From Candidatus Bathyarchaeota archaeon (lineage in GTDB: Archaea > Thermoproteota > Bathyarchaeia > Bathyarchaeales > Bathycorpusculaceae): a DNA stretch of 64,000 nucleotides. A program made the translations under genes and the position numbers. The notes beneath the pieces are model-generated. The model did no database searches and had not been told where the DNA came from. It saw nothing but the letters and a program-made list of their open reading frames with translations. This document shows positions 52,355 through 62,351 of this stretch, piece after piece (position 1 is the stretch's first letter; every line of letters starts with the position of its first letter). The DNA lies in contig CAWHVC010000005.1 in the NCBI GenBank assembly GCA_963832745.1, forward strand, positions 128,001 through 192,000, given 5' to 3'.

Positions 52355-52741
52355 TTAAGCTTGGACAAGCTCAATTAAGGTGCCGTCTGGGTCTTCCACA
52401 AAAGCTATTATGGGTCCATTTTCGCTAAACTTGTATGGTTCATCGGTTACAGTTACGCCTTCCTTACGCATTGCCAATATGGTTGCGTTTATGTCAGGCA
52501 CTTCGAAGCCTAAATGGTCAAACAGGCTTTCCTCAAACGGTGGCTGAGTAAAACGGGTTTGTTTGGGATTAAAGGTCAATTCCAGTTTGCAACCTTTGCC
52601 TGTTTGGTCTTGGAGAAAAACGATTTCTGAATCGGTTTCTTTTACAGGCATGCGTGTTAAGACTTTAAGGCCGAAAAATTTGTTATAGAAAGTAATGGAT
52701 TTTTCTAGGTTGCTTGTTTTGATGCTTGTGTGAGTAAACAT
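52355..52741 (-). CDS. VOC/glyoxalase family protein
   Basis: HTSIKTSNLEKSITFY, HLGFEV, FVEDPDGTLIEL. Confidence 0.92.
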   Translation of the reverse strand: MFTHTSIKTSNLEKSITFYNKFFGLKVLTRMPVKETDSEIVFLQDQTGKGCKLELTFNPKQTRFTQPPFEESLFDHLGFEVPDINATILAMRKEGVTVTDEPYKFSENGPIIAFVEDPDGTLIELVQA

Positions 52742-52791
52742 CAGTTTTCCCTCATTTTCAGGTTTTGCTTAGGGGATTTAAAGATGATGAT

Positions 52792-53202
52792 TTAGGTTTG
52801 CTCATCTAATGTTTTATTGACAAGCGCATCAGCTTTCTGGATAAAACTATTAGTTCTAGCAACGTTGAAAAATTCTGCTTTTTTGAACTTGACACGTAAC
52901 GCGTGGGCTTTAAGGTATAACCTGCGCAGTTCAAGGTTTTTTACGCTGTATTCACCCTTCATTTGCCGCCCGACAAGTTCACTGTCTAAATAGCAGATTA
53001 CTTCTTCGACTCCAACGTTTAAAGCGTACTCTAAACCCATAGTTAGGGCTTCGTATTCTGCTTGATTGTTAGTGCGGACGCCCAAGAAGCGTGAATCTGT
53101 CTTTATGATTTCGGCGTTTTCCATTGCCAAAAAAGCAGCGGCTGCTGGTCCCGGGTTGCCTCTTGCTCCACCGTCTGAATACAGCACTAATCGTTTAGCC
53201 AT
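52792..53202 (-). CDS. rnhA: Ribonuclease HI
   Basis: YSDGGARGNPGPA, TNNQAEYEAL, DSELV, ADALVN. Confidence 0.93.
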   Translation of the reverse strand: MAKRLVLYSDGGARGNPGPAAAAFLAMENAEIIKTDSRFLGVRTNNQAEYEALTMGLEYALNVGVEEVICYLDSELVGRQMKGEYSVKNLELRRLYLKAHALRVKFKKAEFFNVARTNSFIQKADALVNKTLDEQT

Positions 53203-53340
53203 GGTAGCTCTACTGGTCATTGAATGGGTAGATATCATTTAAAGGTTACAATCAACTGGTTTCTTGTTTTGTTATTGCCTTTGTACAGTCACATTGGTTT
53301 ATGTGCTTGCAAGCCTAACTGAAAACTCGGGAAGACCCCG

Positions 53341-53676
53341 TTGACCAACAGTTTAAGTTCTCGATATAATCCTCAACGTTTTCCAGCAGCCATTTTACGG
53401 CATGACAAGGATTGGCAAAGCACCAAAGGCACGCGAAGAGGACGCTTAGACATCACAGCGGAGATACTGCTTTTTTGTGAACAACCAAAAACAAAAACAA
53501 GTATCATGTACAACACGAATCTTAACTATGCACAACTTAAACGACACATGGGCGTATTAACAACCCAGAAACTGTTGGCTAAAAAAACTAACAGGTATTC
53601 AACAACAGAAAAAGGACACGAATTCCTTGACCTTTTCCTACGCCTAAACAGTCTTGTAGATAACGTAAACCCATAG
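53341..53676 (+). CDS. Archaeal winged-HTH protein
   Basis: RRGRLDITAEIL...KTSIMYNTNLNY...YSTTEKG. Confidence 0.85.
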   Translation: MTNSLSSRYNPQRFPAAILRHDKDWQSTKGTRRGRLDITAEILLFCEQPKTKTSIMYNTNLNYAQLKRHMGVLTTQKLLAKKTNRYSTTEKGHEFLDLFLRLNSLVDNVNP

Positions 53677-53684
53677 TGAAGTTG

Positions 53685-53903
53685 TTAACTGCAGTGTTGC
53701 CAAGCCTTTTTGAGTTCTAACACAAAACCTTCATGATCGTCGGCTAAACGCTGTTTTATTTGCTGCCAAGTTTTTGGGCAATCCTTGTATTCAACCCCGA
53801 CTAATCCGTGGATAACACGGTCGAGTTCTTTGCGGTTTTCTGGGGTAACAGTTATTCCAGCCTCAACAAAAATGGTTTTTAGGTGACGAAAATAGCAAGT
53901 CAC
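53685..53903 (-). CDS. Small hypothetical protein
   Basis: 72-aa ORF, MTCYFRHL...CPKTW. Confidence 0.7.
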   Translation of the reverse strand: MTCYFRHLKTIFVEAGITVTPENRKELDRVIHGLVGVEYKDCPKTWQQIKQRLADDHEGFVLELKKAWQHCS

Positions 53904-54062
53904 AGGCTTTTCCTCACTCTACAAATTGACGGTTTGAGGCTTGTAAATTTTGCCATCAGCAAAGAATAAGTTGGACAGTTTAGATAAAATTAAATAGTAA
54001 GACCAAACGTATTATCGGTCGCCTATTATTAATCGTGAATATTGGAGTGTGAAACAGAAAAA

Positions 54063-54980
54063 ATGCTTGTAACAAATAAAGAATTGATGGTTGCCGCAAG
54101 AAAAGGCGGTTACGCCATCGCCGCATTTAACGTTCAAAACATGGAAAGCGTTAAAGCTATCGTTGAAGCAGCAATGGAAGAAAAATCTCCCGCTATACTT
54201 CAAATCACCCCCAGCGTCATAAAATACGCAGGCATGGGCTACATCACCAGCCTTGTTAAAAACGCTGGCAAAGAAGCAACTGTACCTTTAACAATGCATC
54301 TTGACCACGGGGAAGACTACGACATCGCAGCCAAATGCGTCGATGCAGGCTTCACCTCAGTCATGATCGACGGATCCTTCCTGAAATTCGAAGAAAACAT
54401 TGCAGAAACCAAACGCGTCGTCGACTATGCCCACGCTAAAGGCGTCTCTGTAGAGGCTGAACTGGGCAAACTTGCAGGTGTTGAAGAAAAGAGCGTTGAA
54501 GAAAAAGACGCTATCCTAACCGACCCAAACAACGCTGTTGAATTTGTAGAAAAAACAGGCGTAGACACCCTTGCAGTAGCCATCGGCACAAGCCACGGAG
54601 CCTACAAATTCAAAAGCGCAGCAAAACTTGACCTTGAACGCCTAAAAATCATCAACGAAAAAATCGGCATCCCACTTGTTCTACATGGTGCCTCGAGTGT
54701 TCCACAATGGATCGTTGAAAAAGCCACAAAATACGGTGCAACGCTTGAAGGTGCAAAAGGCGTTTCAGAAGACCAACTTCAGGCAGCAATAAAATTTGGC
54801 ATCGCCAAAATCAATATCGACACCGACTTGCGATTGGCATTCCTTGCAACAGTCCGCCAAGTCCTAACAGACTCACCTAAAGAGTTTGACCCACGCAAGA
54901 TTTTGGGTCCCGCTAAAGATGCAATGAAAGAAGTTGCCAAAGGCAAAATGCGCCTATTCGGCAGCTCAGGAAAAGCATAA
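54063..54980 (+). CDS. fba: Class II fructose-1,6-bisphosphate aldolase
   Basis: HLDHG, SVMIDGS, VEAELG, GTSHGAYK, LVLHGAS, KINIDTD. Confidence 0.96.
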   Translation: MLVTNKELMVAARKGGYAIAAFNVQNMESVKAIVEAAMEEKSPAILQITPSVIKYAGMGYITSLVKNAGKEATVPLTMHLDHGEDYDIAAKCVDAGFTSVMIDGSFLKFEENIAETKRVVDYAHAKGVSVEAELGKLAGVEEKSVEEKDAILTDPNNAVEFVEKTGVDTLAVAIGTSHGAYKFKSAAKLDLERLKIINEKIGIPLVLHGASSVPQWIVEKATKYGATLEGAKGVSEDQLQAAIKFGIAKINIDTDLRLAFLATVRQVLTDSPKEFDPRKILGPAKDAMKEVAKGKMRLFGSSGKA

Positions 54981-55016
54981 ACCGCTTTTTTCTTTTTTAT
55001 TTTTATGGTTATTATC

Positions 55017-55976
55017 TTAGAATAAAAATGCAATTATTAGAGCAGTTTCTTCTACTGCATACTGTAGGGCGATAAAGCCTAAGTAGCAGGCTGTGAGGAG
55101 CAGGCCGTGTTTTCGGGTTAATTCATGTTTGCGTGACAGCAAAGCAACCAGTGTACCTGAAAAAACCATAAATATCCCTGTAGCCAAGGCAAGAGTGGGT
55201 TGGACAGGACGGATAGGCCGGATAAGCGCAATTACGCCGATGGTCAGCATGGAATCTGCAAGAACGTTGCCAAAAATGTTGCCTAACCCAAGCTGGGCAT
55301 GTTTAATTCTTGAGGCGCGAACGGCAAAAGCCATTTCAGGCAAGCAGGTGCCAATAGCAACGACAAGCCCAATCACGAACAAGGGCAACCCCAACTGCAT
55401 ACTCAACTCTTGAGAACTATTGGTAATTATGGTTCCACCGATAAAAAGTAAAATCAAACTAACAGCAAGAACGACGGTGTCAACTGCAAATTTGAGTTTA
55501 CCACGACGCATTTTGGCTGTATCCTCAAGCGACTTAGTTTTGAGCATGTACACAACATAAGCCAAGAATACCCCAACCAAGACAACGCCATCAAACCGAG
55601 AGATTTCTCCATCAACAAAAAGCACCACTGGCAAAATCAACGCCAAAATTGAAACTCGAATATGCTTAACGGTAGAAGCATCAAGACATAAACGTTTAGA
55701 AAGCACCAAAACCAGTCCAAGCACTAATGTGAGGTCTGCAACGTTTGCACCTAAAATCACACCAAAACCCAGCGAGGATGACCCTTCAAGGGCAGCGATG
55801 ATGCCAATTGACAGTTCAGGCAAAACAGCGACAACGCCGGCGATAATGAAACTCGTGGTAAACTCGGAAAGACGGAAATGCCTTGACAAGTTTAGCAACC
55901 GCTTAATTGCGACATCTGCAGTGAAAATTACGATAATCAACCCAGCAAAAAGTAGCAGTAAAGAAAAAAGTGGCAT
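55017..55976 (-). CDS. Sodium:calcium antiporter family (YrbG-like)
   Basis: Two alpha repeats: LPELS..GANVAD and GTCLPE..GNIFGNVL. Confidence 0.88.
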   Translation of the reverse strand: MPLFSLLLLFAGLIIVIFTADVAIKRLLNLSRHFRLSEFTTSFIIAGVVAVLPELSIGIIAALEGSSSLGFGVILGANVADLTLVLGLVLVLSKRLCLDASTVKHIRVSILALILPVVLFVDGEISRFDGVVLVGVFLAYVVYMLKTKSLEDTAKMRRGKLKFAVDTVVLAVSLILLFIGGTIITNSSQELSMQLGLPLFVIGLVVAIGTCLPEMAFAVRASRIKHAQLGLGNIFGNVLADSMLTIGVIALIRPIRPVQPTLALATGIFMVFSGTLVALLSRKHELTRKHGLLLTACYLGFIALQYAVEETALIIAFLF

Positions 55977-56044
55977 AACCTACCAAGAAAAATAGAACAC
56001 GTTAAAATTTAAATATTCAAAAAAGAAAAAAATCCTAAAAAAGA

Positions 56045-57322
56045 TTATTTTTTGCGCATTTCCATCAATTTAGGCATTAAATAGTAGGCGTGTTCAAGCA
56101 AGCCTAAGCTGCCTTTTGCGCATTCCCGCTCACAGAACTTGACTGCGTTTTCTCTGCCTAAACTTGAGCCTGAAATCAGAAGCGGCACTGGAGTGTCACT
56201 GTGCACTTTCAGGTCACATGGCGTTGCATGGTCAGATGTAATGCAGATGATATTGTCCTTAAGTGAAATCTGCTTGAGCAGTGGACCAAAAAAGTATTTG
56301 TCAACCGCACTGATTATGTCAGTTTTCAGTTGGCAGTTGCCGTCATGTCCAGGTTCATCAGGACCTTTTAAGTGAATGTAGAAGCAGTCATGTTTTGGCA
56401 GCACATCCAGCAAGGCTTTAACGCGTACGTCGTAGTCATGTTGGAGGTCGCCTGAAGGTGGCGGCAAAAGCGTCGCATCCATACCTGCGAGTTTAGCGAT
56501 GCCCCGCTCGGTAATCATGTCGGCTAAAGCTGCAAAATTCACACCGTAATGCTGGTTGATGTTAAAAAATTTGGGCAACAAACTCGAGCAGTCTCTTGTT
56601 AATAGTACGTTGGCTTTCAGTTTGCCTTCGGCGGCGCGTTTCTTGTTCACAGGGTGGTTTTCCCAGAGTTCATGAGTTTTTGTTATGAATTCGTTAGTGA
56701 GGTTTGCAGCGTTTTTAGCAGCTTCTGACGCTTCAAGGGGTTCAACGGTTTTTAGAGTCATATCCACTTTTTCTTGAGCTACACCAAGCCCGTTTACTAT
56801 TGCGTATGCTGGGTCGCTATTGGAGATTTTGCCCGACAAAGGCTTACTTTTGCTTTTGATAACAACGACTGCGCGATGTCCCAATGTCGCTTTGAAATCG
56901 AAAGTTGCCGGGTACGATTCAAGCTTGATTTGCTGGTTTGCAGTCTCTGCTAATTCTAAGGCTTCGGGAGTGGTGAGGCTTCTTCCTGCTCGACGGTCAA
57001 TGATGTTTTTGCCTTCGCCTAACGTGGCAAAATTGCATCTTATGGCTACATCGCCGTCTTTCATGTCCATTCCAGCGCCGACGGCTTCAATCACGCCTCG
57101 TCCAGTGCTGTACTTGAGTGGGTCATAACCTAAAAGTGAAATTACTGCAACGTCGCTTTCAGGGGCAACTCCCTTTCCAACGGTGTACATTAAACCGGTT
57201 TTGCCGTTTTGGGCTAACGCGTTCATGTTTGGGGTTTCTGCTGCTTCCAAGGGGGTCTTGTTGTTTAACCGTTTGCTTGGAATGTCACCCATGCCGTCTA
57301 TTGCAACATAAATTAGCTTCAA
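56045..57322 (-). CDS. apgM: Cofactor-independent phosphoglycerate mutase, archaeal type
   Basis: IDGMGD, KTPLEAA.TPNM, PESDVA, HLKGPDEPGHDG, SDHATP. Confidence 0.92.
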   Translation of the reverse strand: MKLIYVAIDGMGDIPSKRLNNKTPLEAAETPNMNALAQNGKTGLMYTVGKGVAPESDVAVISLLGYDPLKYSTGRGVIEAVGAGMDMKDGDVAIRCNFATLGEGKNIIDRRAGRSLTTPEALELAETANQQIKLESYPATFDFKATLGHRAVVVIKSKSKPLSGKISNSDPAYAIVNGLGVAQEKVDMTLKTVEPLEASEAAKNAANLTNEFITKTHELWENHPVNKKRAAEGKLKANVLLTRDCSSLLPKFFNINQHYGVNFAALADMITERGIAKLAGMDATLLPPPSGDLQHDYDVRVKALLDVLPKHDCFYIHLKGPDEPGHDGNCQLKTDIISAVDKYFFGPLLKQISLKDNIICITSDHATPCDLKVHSDTPVPLLISGSSLGRENAVKFCERECAKGSLGLLEHAYYLMPKLMEMRKK

Positions 57323-57508
57323 ATATACCTGTCTCCTTCAAAGTGCCATTGGCTTACTTGAATGCTTGCCTAATTACCTTTATTACTTTTATTCTTAACG
57401 CCTACTATAAACTGGATGATTGCCCTAAAAACGGGTAACAGAAAGTAGATGCTAAAACAGGTAACTAAATTAAAAAAGAGTTATCGAAAGATAAAGTTCT
57501 TTCTCCAC

Positions 57509-58340
57509 TTAAGGCGTCGACGTAACAATGGTTTGGTTGGGTTTAATGTAAGTTACTGTAAAGCTTGAACCATCATCGGTTAGGGGTGATGTCGAAACAA
57601 GGTCGGTGTCGTTTGCGTCAACCATGACTGCAGGAGTGTAAGTGAAGTTTTTGATTGAACCGGTAACGCCGTTAATTGTTGTAGTACAGCCTGTTAGGGT
57701 AACTTGGTTAAAATTGGCTAAAGTGCTGATTTCACCGTTAACCAAGGGGCGTTCAACAATCCATTCTGCAGATTTCTGTGATGAATCATAAGTGACTGTT
57801 TTTTGGAAGCTTCTGCCTTCTGTTTCGTCAACAACTTGAATTAGCCAAGAATCAGTGTTTTCATTAACTAACGTAATTGTAGTAGTGACCTTGTCGCCCG
57901 GTTGAATGTCAAGCGTTGAAATCCGGATAATCGTTCGAGGCAAAAGCTCATACCAAGCAAAATATTCTACGCGCCCGTTTTCACTATGCTGTTCTGTGCC
58001 TGCTTGGATAAGGGTTGATTCGCCGTATCCGCCTACGCCAACCCAAATTGACGAGTAAGTATCATTAACTGAATAGGTGATTGACGGCACAATCCATGAC
58101 GCGTTGATGCTGGATACACCCTGAGATTTGTTCTGCAAGTCAAGGCTGACAATGTAGCCTGACCAATGTGAAACTCGTGCAGGCGCTAACTCGTTGAGGC
58201 TAGAAGCGTTAAATTGTATTAGAAGCTGATTTAGGAATACGAACCCAACAAGGGAACCTACAATCAACACAATACACACGCTGGCATAGACTTTAGCATT
58301 ATAGTTAGATTTTTTCTGTTCTGGAAGAAAAGCGTTCCAC
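57509..58340 (-). CDS. Membrane-anchored glutamic peptidase, family G1; probable 1-nt indel near the start
   Basis: WSGY, IWVGVGG, LIQAGT (catalytic Q), AWYE, SAEWIVE (catalytic E). GTG at 58340 after GAGGT is one base out of frame with ORF 57509-58279. Confidence 0.88.
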
Positions 58341-58419
58341 CTTTAACCTCAAAATACGTGCCTTGAACATAAAAAACTTTATCCCAAATCTGTCCCTGCA
58401 CAGCGACTACTCGGATGGT

Positions 58420-59865
58420 TTACATGCTGGCGATAAAGCCTGAAATAACATCTCGTATAGACTGAAGCAGCGGATGCTTAACTGTTTCAGGCGCAAGCTG
58501 CGATAGCCGTTCAACGCGGAAGTAAATCGGCGGATGAGGGTCTAAACCGACCCATTCTTGCACCCTAAACGATGGTGTACGTTCATACAGCAGTCGTTGA
58601 AACCCAATCTTTTCCAGTGAGTCCGCAAGCACAGTAGGTTGACCAACCATTATTGCAGAGACTAAGTCGGCGCGTGCCTCAAAAAATTTGGCGATAAAAA
58701 AGATTACCACCATTACAGCCCAGAAATACACAAAAAACAAGAACGTCGAAAACAAAATGGGCAGCAACGGGAACAGGACATAGAACCGGAACAGGAACTC
58801 CGCTGAGGTTAACCCGTACAGGATTAAGGGGTCACGTCCACGTAGGTGACCGAACTCGTGGCCCAGTACGCTTATAACTTCAGATTCTTCAAGTTGCACA
58901 AGCAACCCCGTAGTAATCAGTACAAGGCCACGTTTAGGACTTGGACCTGAAGCAGCAGCGTTTGGAACCATAGTGTTTGAAACAACAATTTTAGGCACGG
59001 GAAAATGGAAGCGGTCAGCAATGTCTTTGACGATTTGGTAAACGTTGATTTTTTTGGTGGACAAATTTTCAAGTTTTACGGGTATACCGTGTTTCTCAAA
59101 AATGCTTTGGGCAAATAACGCATCTATTTGGCCATGCTTGGTTGTGATGTCTTGATAAATTTCTTTTTTTATCGCGATTAATTTTTCCCTGTTAACTTTT
59201 TCCGCAAAAAGTTTTTCGTCTATCGGCAAAAAGAATTGGAGTAAATGAATTGTAGGGTTAGCCGCTGTTATGTGCCAGTCGGCTGAGCGGCTTATGAAAT
59301 TGTTAGAGAAAATCACGAACACAAACTGTACCACAATCAAAATTAAAGGTGCAACCCAGAATGAGTCTGGATAAATCGCGGCTAAAGTTATGAAAATAGT
59401 TGTTCCAAACACGATGAATACAACAAAAAAGATGACTTGAGTTTCCAAAAACAGGCGGTTGAACGATTTTTCTGGTTTAGTGTACGCTTCTGGAACGATT
59501 TCTTCTCCTTCACGCCAAGCAAAAAACATGGTTGCTTTACGCGCGTTTTCTTCAAACATTTGAAGGGCAATAACAATGTCTTGTTTGGCTTCTCCAATCT
59601 CTTTGACTGAAACCATGGAGTCAATGGGGATTATTTTTACTTCTAGGGGGTTGCCGTTTTTTGCTTCAACCTGCAGTATCCGTTTGCCCTGAATGTTTGA
59701 AACATCATAGGACAGGGTGTCGACTTCGCTGGTTGTTTGGCGCATGAAATTGCTGAAGCGGTCTTTTTGAGGCAGCAGGTACTGGCTGTGGGCGAAATCA
59801 AAAAATTGAGCCATGTAACTGCTGGGCACTTCAGTTTTGATAGTGAAAATTACGGGTTCAACCAT
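58420..59865 (-). CDS. M48 (HtpX-like) zinc metalloprotease with N-terminal extension
   Basis: PNAAA.G, LITTGLL, GHEFGH, FEARAD, HPP..R. Confidence 0.9.
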   Translation of the reverse strand: MVEPVIFTIKTEVPSSYMAQFFDFAHSQYLLPQKDRFSNFMRQTTSEVDTLSYDVSNIQGKRILQVEAKNGNPLEVKIIPIDSMVSVKEIGEAKQDIVIALQMFEENARKATMFFAWREGEEIVPEAYTKPEKSFNRLFLETQVIFFVVFIVFGTTIFITLAAIYPDSFWVAPLILIVVQFVFVIFSNNFISRSADWHITAANPTIHLLQFFLPIDEKLFAEKVNREKLIAIKKEIYQDITTKHGQIDALFAQSIFEKHGIPVKLENLSTKKINVYQIVKDIADRFHFPVPKIVVSNTMVPNAAASGPSPKRGLVLITTGLLVQLEESEVISVLGHEFGHLRGRDPLILYGLTSAEFLFRFYVLFPLLPILFSTFLFFVYFWAVMVVIFFIAKFFEARADLVSAIMVGQPTVLADSLEKIGFQRLLYERTPSFRVQEWVGLDPHPPIYFRVERLSQLAPETVKHPLLQSIRDVISGFIASM

Positions 59866-60026
59866 TAAACGTTCAAACCAAAAAAATGTTCATTAAAACT
59901 AGATTCACACTTTTTATTAACCATATAGGCAACATAGCACTTGAGAAAAAACCTTTAACCGAAAACGGCATAGCCATAAATACCCCCGACACCTAAAAGG
60001 TTTAAGCAAGTTTTAAGGTGTAGTTT

Positions 60027-61271
60027 ATGCGAATAGGCTTCTTTGTTTACGAATACCCTCCCCAAATGGTTGGCGGATTGGGAACTTACGCTCAATACAT
60101 TACACATCAATACGTCGATTTGGGACATGACGTCTCCGTTTTTACCCTAAACAGCGGCGACGGCAACTTAAAAACTCGAGAAATAATGAAAGGCGTTGAA
60201 GTTCATCGACCCCAAATTGCGGACGCCAGCAATGTTTGGCCATTTTTTGTTGCAGATGACCTTAAACGGTGGGGAACTAACATCAAATTTTTCAATGATA
60301 TCTTTATCTACAACGTGTTAAGCGCCGCCAAATTCGTTAACGGCTTAATTAAAAAAGAAAAATACAATTTTGACGTTGTCTGCTGCCATGACTGGTTAAG
60401 CAGCATTGCAGGTTTAATCATCAAGAACGAAACAGACATCCCAGTAGTTTTTCATGTTCACAGTACAGAGTGGGGTAGAAGCGGCGGTCCTGGCTCAGAA
60501 ACGGTTTCATACTTGGAACGTGCGATGGCAGATAAAAGTGACCGCATAATCACTGTCAGCAACGTCATGAAAGAAGACCTCACCAAACACGGTTGGCCCA
60601 GCAGCAAAATCAACGCTGTATGGAACGGCATAGACCCAGACGTTTACAACCCCCAAAACTTCCAAAAAACCGAGATTGAAGCTCTCCGCGCTCGCTACGG
60701 CGTCCCCAAAGACTGGAACATGTTACTTTTTGTCGGCAGGCTCACATGGGTAAAAGGCGTCAAAAACCTTGTCCAAGCAATGCCAATGGTACTCAGCGAG
60801 TTTCCTAACACTAAACTGGTAATCTTAGGTAAAGGCGAAGAAGAAAATGACATCATCCAACTCTCCGAACGCCTAAACATTAAAGACCACATTGTTGGAC
60901 GCTATGAATTTGTACCTGAACACGAAAGAATTCTGCATTATGCCGCTTCAGACGTCTGTGTTTTCCCATCAGTCTACGAACCATTCGGCATCGTCAGCCT
61001 TGAAGCTATGAGCATGGAAAAACCCTGCGTAGTAGGTGCACGTGGAGTCGTCGGGTTCAAAGAACAAATAGTGAGCAGTGGAGCAGAACAAAACGGAGTC
61101 CACATTAACGGTGAAGACCCTGCAGACATTGCATGGGGCATCAGGGCAACCTTGCGAGATCCAAACAAAGCCAAAAATTGGGGAGAAAACGCCAGAAAAC
61201 ACGTACTCGATTATTTCACTTGGCAGAAAGTAGCAGAGCAAACAGCCAAAATCTACCAATCCCTACTCTAA
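60027..61271 (+). CDS. GT4 family glycosyltransferase
   Basis: EYPP..VGGLG, HDWL, FVGRL...KG, PSVYEPFGIVSLEAM. Confidence 0.93.
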   Translation: MRIGFFVYEYPPQMVGGLGTYAQYITHQYVDLGHDVSVFTLNSGDGNLKTREIMKGVEVHRPQIADASNVWPFFVADDLKRWGTNIKFFNDIFIYNVLSAAKFVNGLIKKEKYNFDVVCCHDWLSSIAGLIIKNETDIPVVFHVHSTEWGRSGGPGSETVSYLERAMADKSDRIITVSNVMKEDLTKHGWPSSKINAVWNGIDPDVYNPQNFQKTEIEALRARYGVPKDWNMLLFVGRLTWVKGVKNLVQAMPMVLSEFPNTKLVILGKGEEENDIIQLSERLNIKDHIVGRYEFVPEHERILHYAASDVCVFPSVYEPFGIVSLEAMSMEKPCVVGARGVVGFKEQIVSSGAEQNGVHINGEDPADIAWGIRATLRDPNKAKNWGENARKHVLDYFTWQKVAEQTAKIYQSLL

Positions 61272-61409
61272 ACTTACCTTTTTATTTTTTTGAATTTTTA
61301 TGCGTTAGTCTTCTAATTATTTTTGGCTTACTTCCCAGTTTCTACCTACTGTAACACACCAATAAGACCTCTCCGTGCAAGTAGACTTAAGTATTCTTAA
61401 CTGTAGGGC

Positions 61410-61520
61410 GTTAATTTTGCGGTTTCAGACAAAGGTAGCAGCTTTTTTTGGCGTGCTGGGTTCAACAGCGCTCAGGTATATGTCCAGCGATTACTCAACG
61501 CATCATGCCACAAAATTAAC
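61410..61520 (-). ncRNA. Candidate box C/D-like sRNA
   Basis: 13-bp terminal stem that is fully paired (one G-U) only on the minus strand; AUGAUGC just inside the 5' stem, an internal CUGA, and CUGA two nt before the 3' stem. Confidence 0.45.
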
Positions 61521-61655
61521 AATCAGTTTTAGGTGCCATTGTCAGCTTTAACAAGAGCTGATGTAATACTTTTTTCGGTCCATATTCTTGATAACGATCA
61601 ATGTATAGCACTCTGATAAACAAAAGAGTAAAAAGTATCGATAAATGATTGGGTT

Positions 61656-61895
61656 TTAAAGTCTAACTTGAGGTTTATTATGCGCAAGATTCAGTGCTTT
61701 TTTCATTAGGTCGTCTTTGATTCTGTTTACTTCTAGTTCGGCTTCGCCTTGGTTTGCTGCATCTGTTTTTGAACAGTCTTTAGCGATGTGTCTGTGGGTT
61801 TCTGCGTGTGCTTCTATGGCTTTGCGCATGGCGGACAGGTCAGGATTGAATGGGATTTCTGTGCCGCATTCACATTTAACTACCGTTTTTGACAT
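61656..61895 (-). CDS. Small putative Zn-binding protein
   Basis: CECG...HAETH motif, 79 aa. Confidence 0.7.
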   Translation of the reverse strand: MSKTVVKCECGTEIPFNPDLSAMRKAIEAHAETHRHIAKDCSKTDAANQGEAELEVNRIKDDLMKKALNLAHNKPQVRL

Positions 61896-61912
61896 AGACA
61901 GCCTTTACTCCA

Positions 61913-62245
61913 TCAGAGTTTTACCATTATATCGTTGCCATCAACTTTAACTTCAAAAGTTTCCAAGTCAGCTGCTTTTGGATGCATCAGGGGCATTTTT
62001 GGGTGAGAAACCACTTTCCCGTTAGTAACATCATACTTGGCGTGATGTCGGGGACATGTTACTATGGTTCCTTCAAGGGCGCCTTTTGATAAGTCTCCGC
62101 CCATGTGCGTGCATTTCTGGCTTACTGCATATAAGACGCCGTTTATGCTGACAAGCAAAACATCTTTGTCTTTAACTTTGACGGCTTTGGTTGTTCCCGG
62201 AGGTATCTCGGTTTTTTGGGCGACTTTAACAAAATCAGGTTGCAT
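61913..62245 (-). CDS. Rieske [2Fe-2S] ferredoxin
   Basis: CTHMG...CPRH; start moved to MQPDF. Confidence 0.92.
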   Translation of the reverse strand: MQPDFVKVAQKTEIPPGTTKAVKVKDKDVLLVSINGVLYAVSQKCTHMGGDLSKGALEGTIVTCPRHHAKYDVTNGKVVSHPKMPLMHPKAADLETFEVKVDGNDIMVKL

Positions 62246-62351
62246 AAAAATGGTTTCTCCTAAAATCAAGTTAACGATAAGCTAAAATATAAAATTTTTT
62301 TAATCATCGACCCTAAAAAGTTTTTTGTGAAATGTGCGATTGCGTATGCTT

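Noticed and set aside
61338-61349. 12-bp exact match (GTTTCTACCTAC) to repeat copy A
   Set aside because: It does not extend into the core, and isolated 12-mer matches are expected by chance in 64 kb.
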